Shown here piece by piece: positions 62,369-64,000 of a DNA stretch of 64,000 bases (its first letter is position 1; every line of letters begins with the position of its first letter). Below the pieces are notes generated by a model. It did no database searches and had not been told where the DNA came from. It worked only from the letters and a program-made list of their open reading frames with translations. The position numbers and the translations under genes are program-made. Location of the stretch: contig RBZT01000790.1 of NCBI GenBank assembly GCA_003693705.1, positions 32,033 through 96,032 on the forward strand, in the 5' to 3' direction. This DNA is from Polymyxa betae A26-41 (Eukaryota > Protista > Endomyxa: Phytomyxea).

Positions 62369-63711
62369 TTAAAGATAGAAAGACGGAGGAATACAATAAG
62401 GTCTATCAGGCGGGCTTCCATCGCGAGACGCCGCCTTCACATCACTTCGATGCATTTCATGAAGAATGGAGTTGAGTTCGACCACAGACAATGACAGCTG
62501 ACGAGACGACTGCAAATTCATCTGTAGCTGCCGAACAGCGACGACAACCGCTGAACGCAACACAGCAATGGGAACTTTGTCGGCGTCGCCTTCGAGTTCG
62601 ATGACACCGCGATCATAGAAGAAGTCGACCATTTCTGCATCGGATTCTGGACACAGTTCTGTAACCGGTTTGAGCGAATGGGATTTCGGCGACCAGTTTT
62701 TGCTACTTACTGGACATGTGCCGGAAGCGCATAGGAGGAATACGATCCTTAAAGGACCAATACAGAGTACATAATAGCCCACAGGCTTTCGAGTAGAAAG
62801 GTTTATCATTGAACGCAGGAAATGTTTTCGCCAGATCCAGAGCGAGTTCAGAAGCGGTAATGGCGGCATTCTCACGCTGATGCGAACTGAGGAACTGCAT
62901 GACGTACTCGCCCATCGACGCCACACGATGCGTGTTCAATAGCCGCCCGGTTTCATGGAGGACCTTGACAATATCGCTGGCCTATGGATGAGCAGAATTA
63001 TACAAAGTTGTATTGGGACGGAGATGTGGGATGTTACGAATTGCTTTGTTGGAGCGTCGACATTGATGAAAGCCGGCATGTTGTCAAGTCGTTCTTCTTT
63101 GGAAAGAGGAAGCTGGAAAGCCGATTCAATATCGGTGATGGAGATATTGATCAGCCGATCGGCGTCGAGTTTCCCATACAGAAACATTGCTATTATCAGT
63201 CAGTATCAACGACTAAACCTTGCCTCTAAAAAACCCTAAAACTAGAGTCGAGACACGAAAATTGTCGAAAACACTGAAAGCAGCCATTTGGGAGACTTTC
63301 GAGAATAGCAAAAATCTTACATAGAACACCACGTAGGGCGTGCTCATACATATTGGGTGCATTGCCACAAATGGCTGCGATGTGTTCCCGGAAGAAGGCC
63401 CCGAAACTCAGCAAATGAAGAAGACAGGCGAAATTCACTTCTTCGCCTACAGAAACAGGCTTAGGTTGATGGTGGTTTGTGTGAGCAAACGCTCTACTGA
63501 TTTCAGCGAATCGAAGTGGCAATGTCAGACTCGGCGTCTCCTGGGGTCGCTCTGGAATCACCGAGACAAGCTCAGCGATGCGTTCTGGGTTCAGTTTGAT
63601 AACAGAACTGTGCTTCATGATGGTGGCGATCGCCAACTGAAAGGCCTCCTCACCCAAATCACCTTTATTGGTGGTCATGGCGCCGACTGGCGATTGGTGA
63701 AATGGCATCAA
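62369..63711 (-). CDS. Divergent queuosine-salvage (DUF2419/QNG1-like) protein
   Basis: LLSFG, FPAFND..FYSKA, G.IE, LRSA.V.AV, ELN..L pattern. Confidence 0.55.
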
Positions 63712-63876
63712 ATAAGAGTTGCGATACCATCACTATCAGGTGGCCGCGCCTACAACTTTTTACAAAAAATGTTAAATGGTTTTCATTTTATTTTGGAGGC
63801 AGAGGAATGATGGGGCTGCCCTCAAAACAGTGTTGTATAAAAACCTCCGCTACGCAGATTGCCAACGTTTAAACTA

Positions 63877-63922
63877 GGTTTAAATGTTTAAACATGTTTA
63901 TATAGGTTTAAACATTTAAACC
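63877..63922. repeat. Perfect 17-bp inverted repeat with 12-nt spacer (GTTTAAAC-rich)
   Basis: GGTTTAAATGTTTAAAC (63877-63893) / GTTTAAACATTTAAACC (63906-63922). Confidence 0.85.
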
Positions 63923-64000
63923 CTTGAGCAAGCAAAACGTTCAGTGAAATGTCCAGGCGTTTGCATCTACGTCTTTGAATAATACAGCAAGAGTTTGCTT

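Overview
Gene-dense eukaryotic (protist-like) DNA with many short (about 50-60 nt) GT-AG introns, very short intergenic spacers and scattered TTTAGGG motifs. The style suggests a plasmodiophorid/rhizarian, but that is inference only. Most of the window is housekeeping genes: CLC channel, TRAPPC9, METTL21-like methyltransferase, Tctex-1, WDR24, UBLCP1, succinyl-CoA ligase beta, TAF13, RRP1, SLU7, GPR107-like, FANCI, MKP1-like phosphatase, PEBP, F-box/LRR, PAP2 and a queuosine-salvage-like gene. There are also three secreted-protein genes and a Tourist/PIF-Harbinger-like MITE. The standout is at about 49.06-51.0 kb. An apparently intact CRESS-DNA-virus-type Rep (HUH endonuclease plus SF3 helicase) sits antisense inside the second of two tandem GRF-zinc-finger SNF2 helicase genes, where that gene's helicase-C exons are missing. 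The Rep is split by a 60-nt spliceosomal intron built from a 28-bp palindromic repeat unit. A near-identical intron-like block with more copies of the unit (118 nt) lies about 900 bp downstream in a second, unidentified gene. A TAGTATTAA nonamer and GC hairpins lie upstream of Rep. Gene boundaries were inferred by eye and are approximate where introns are numerous.
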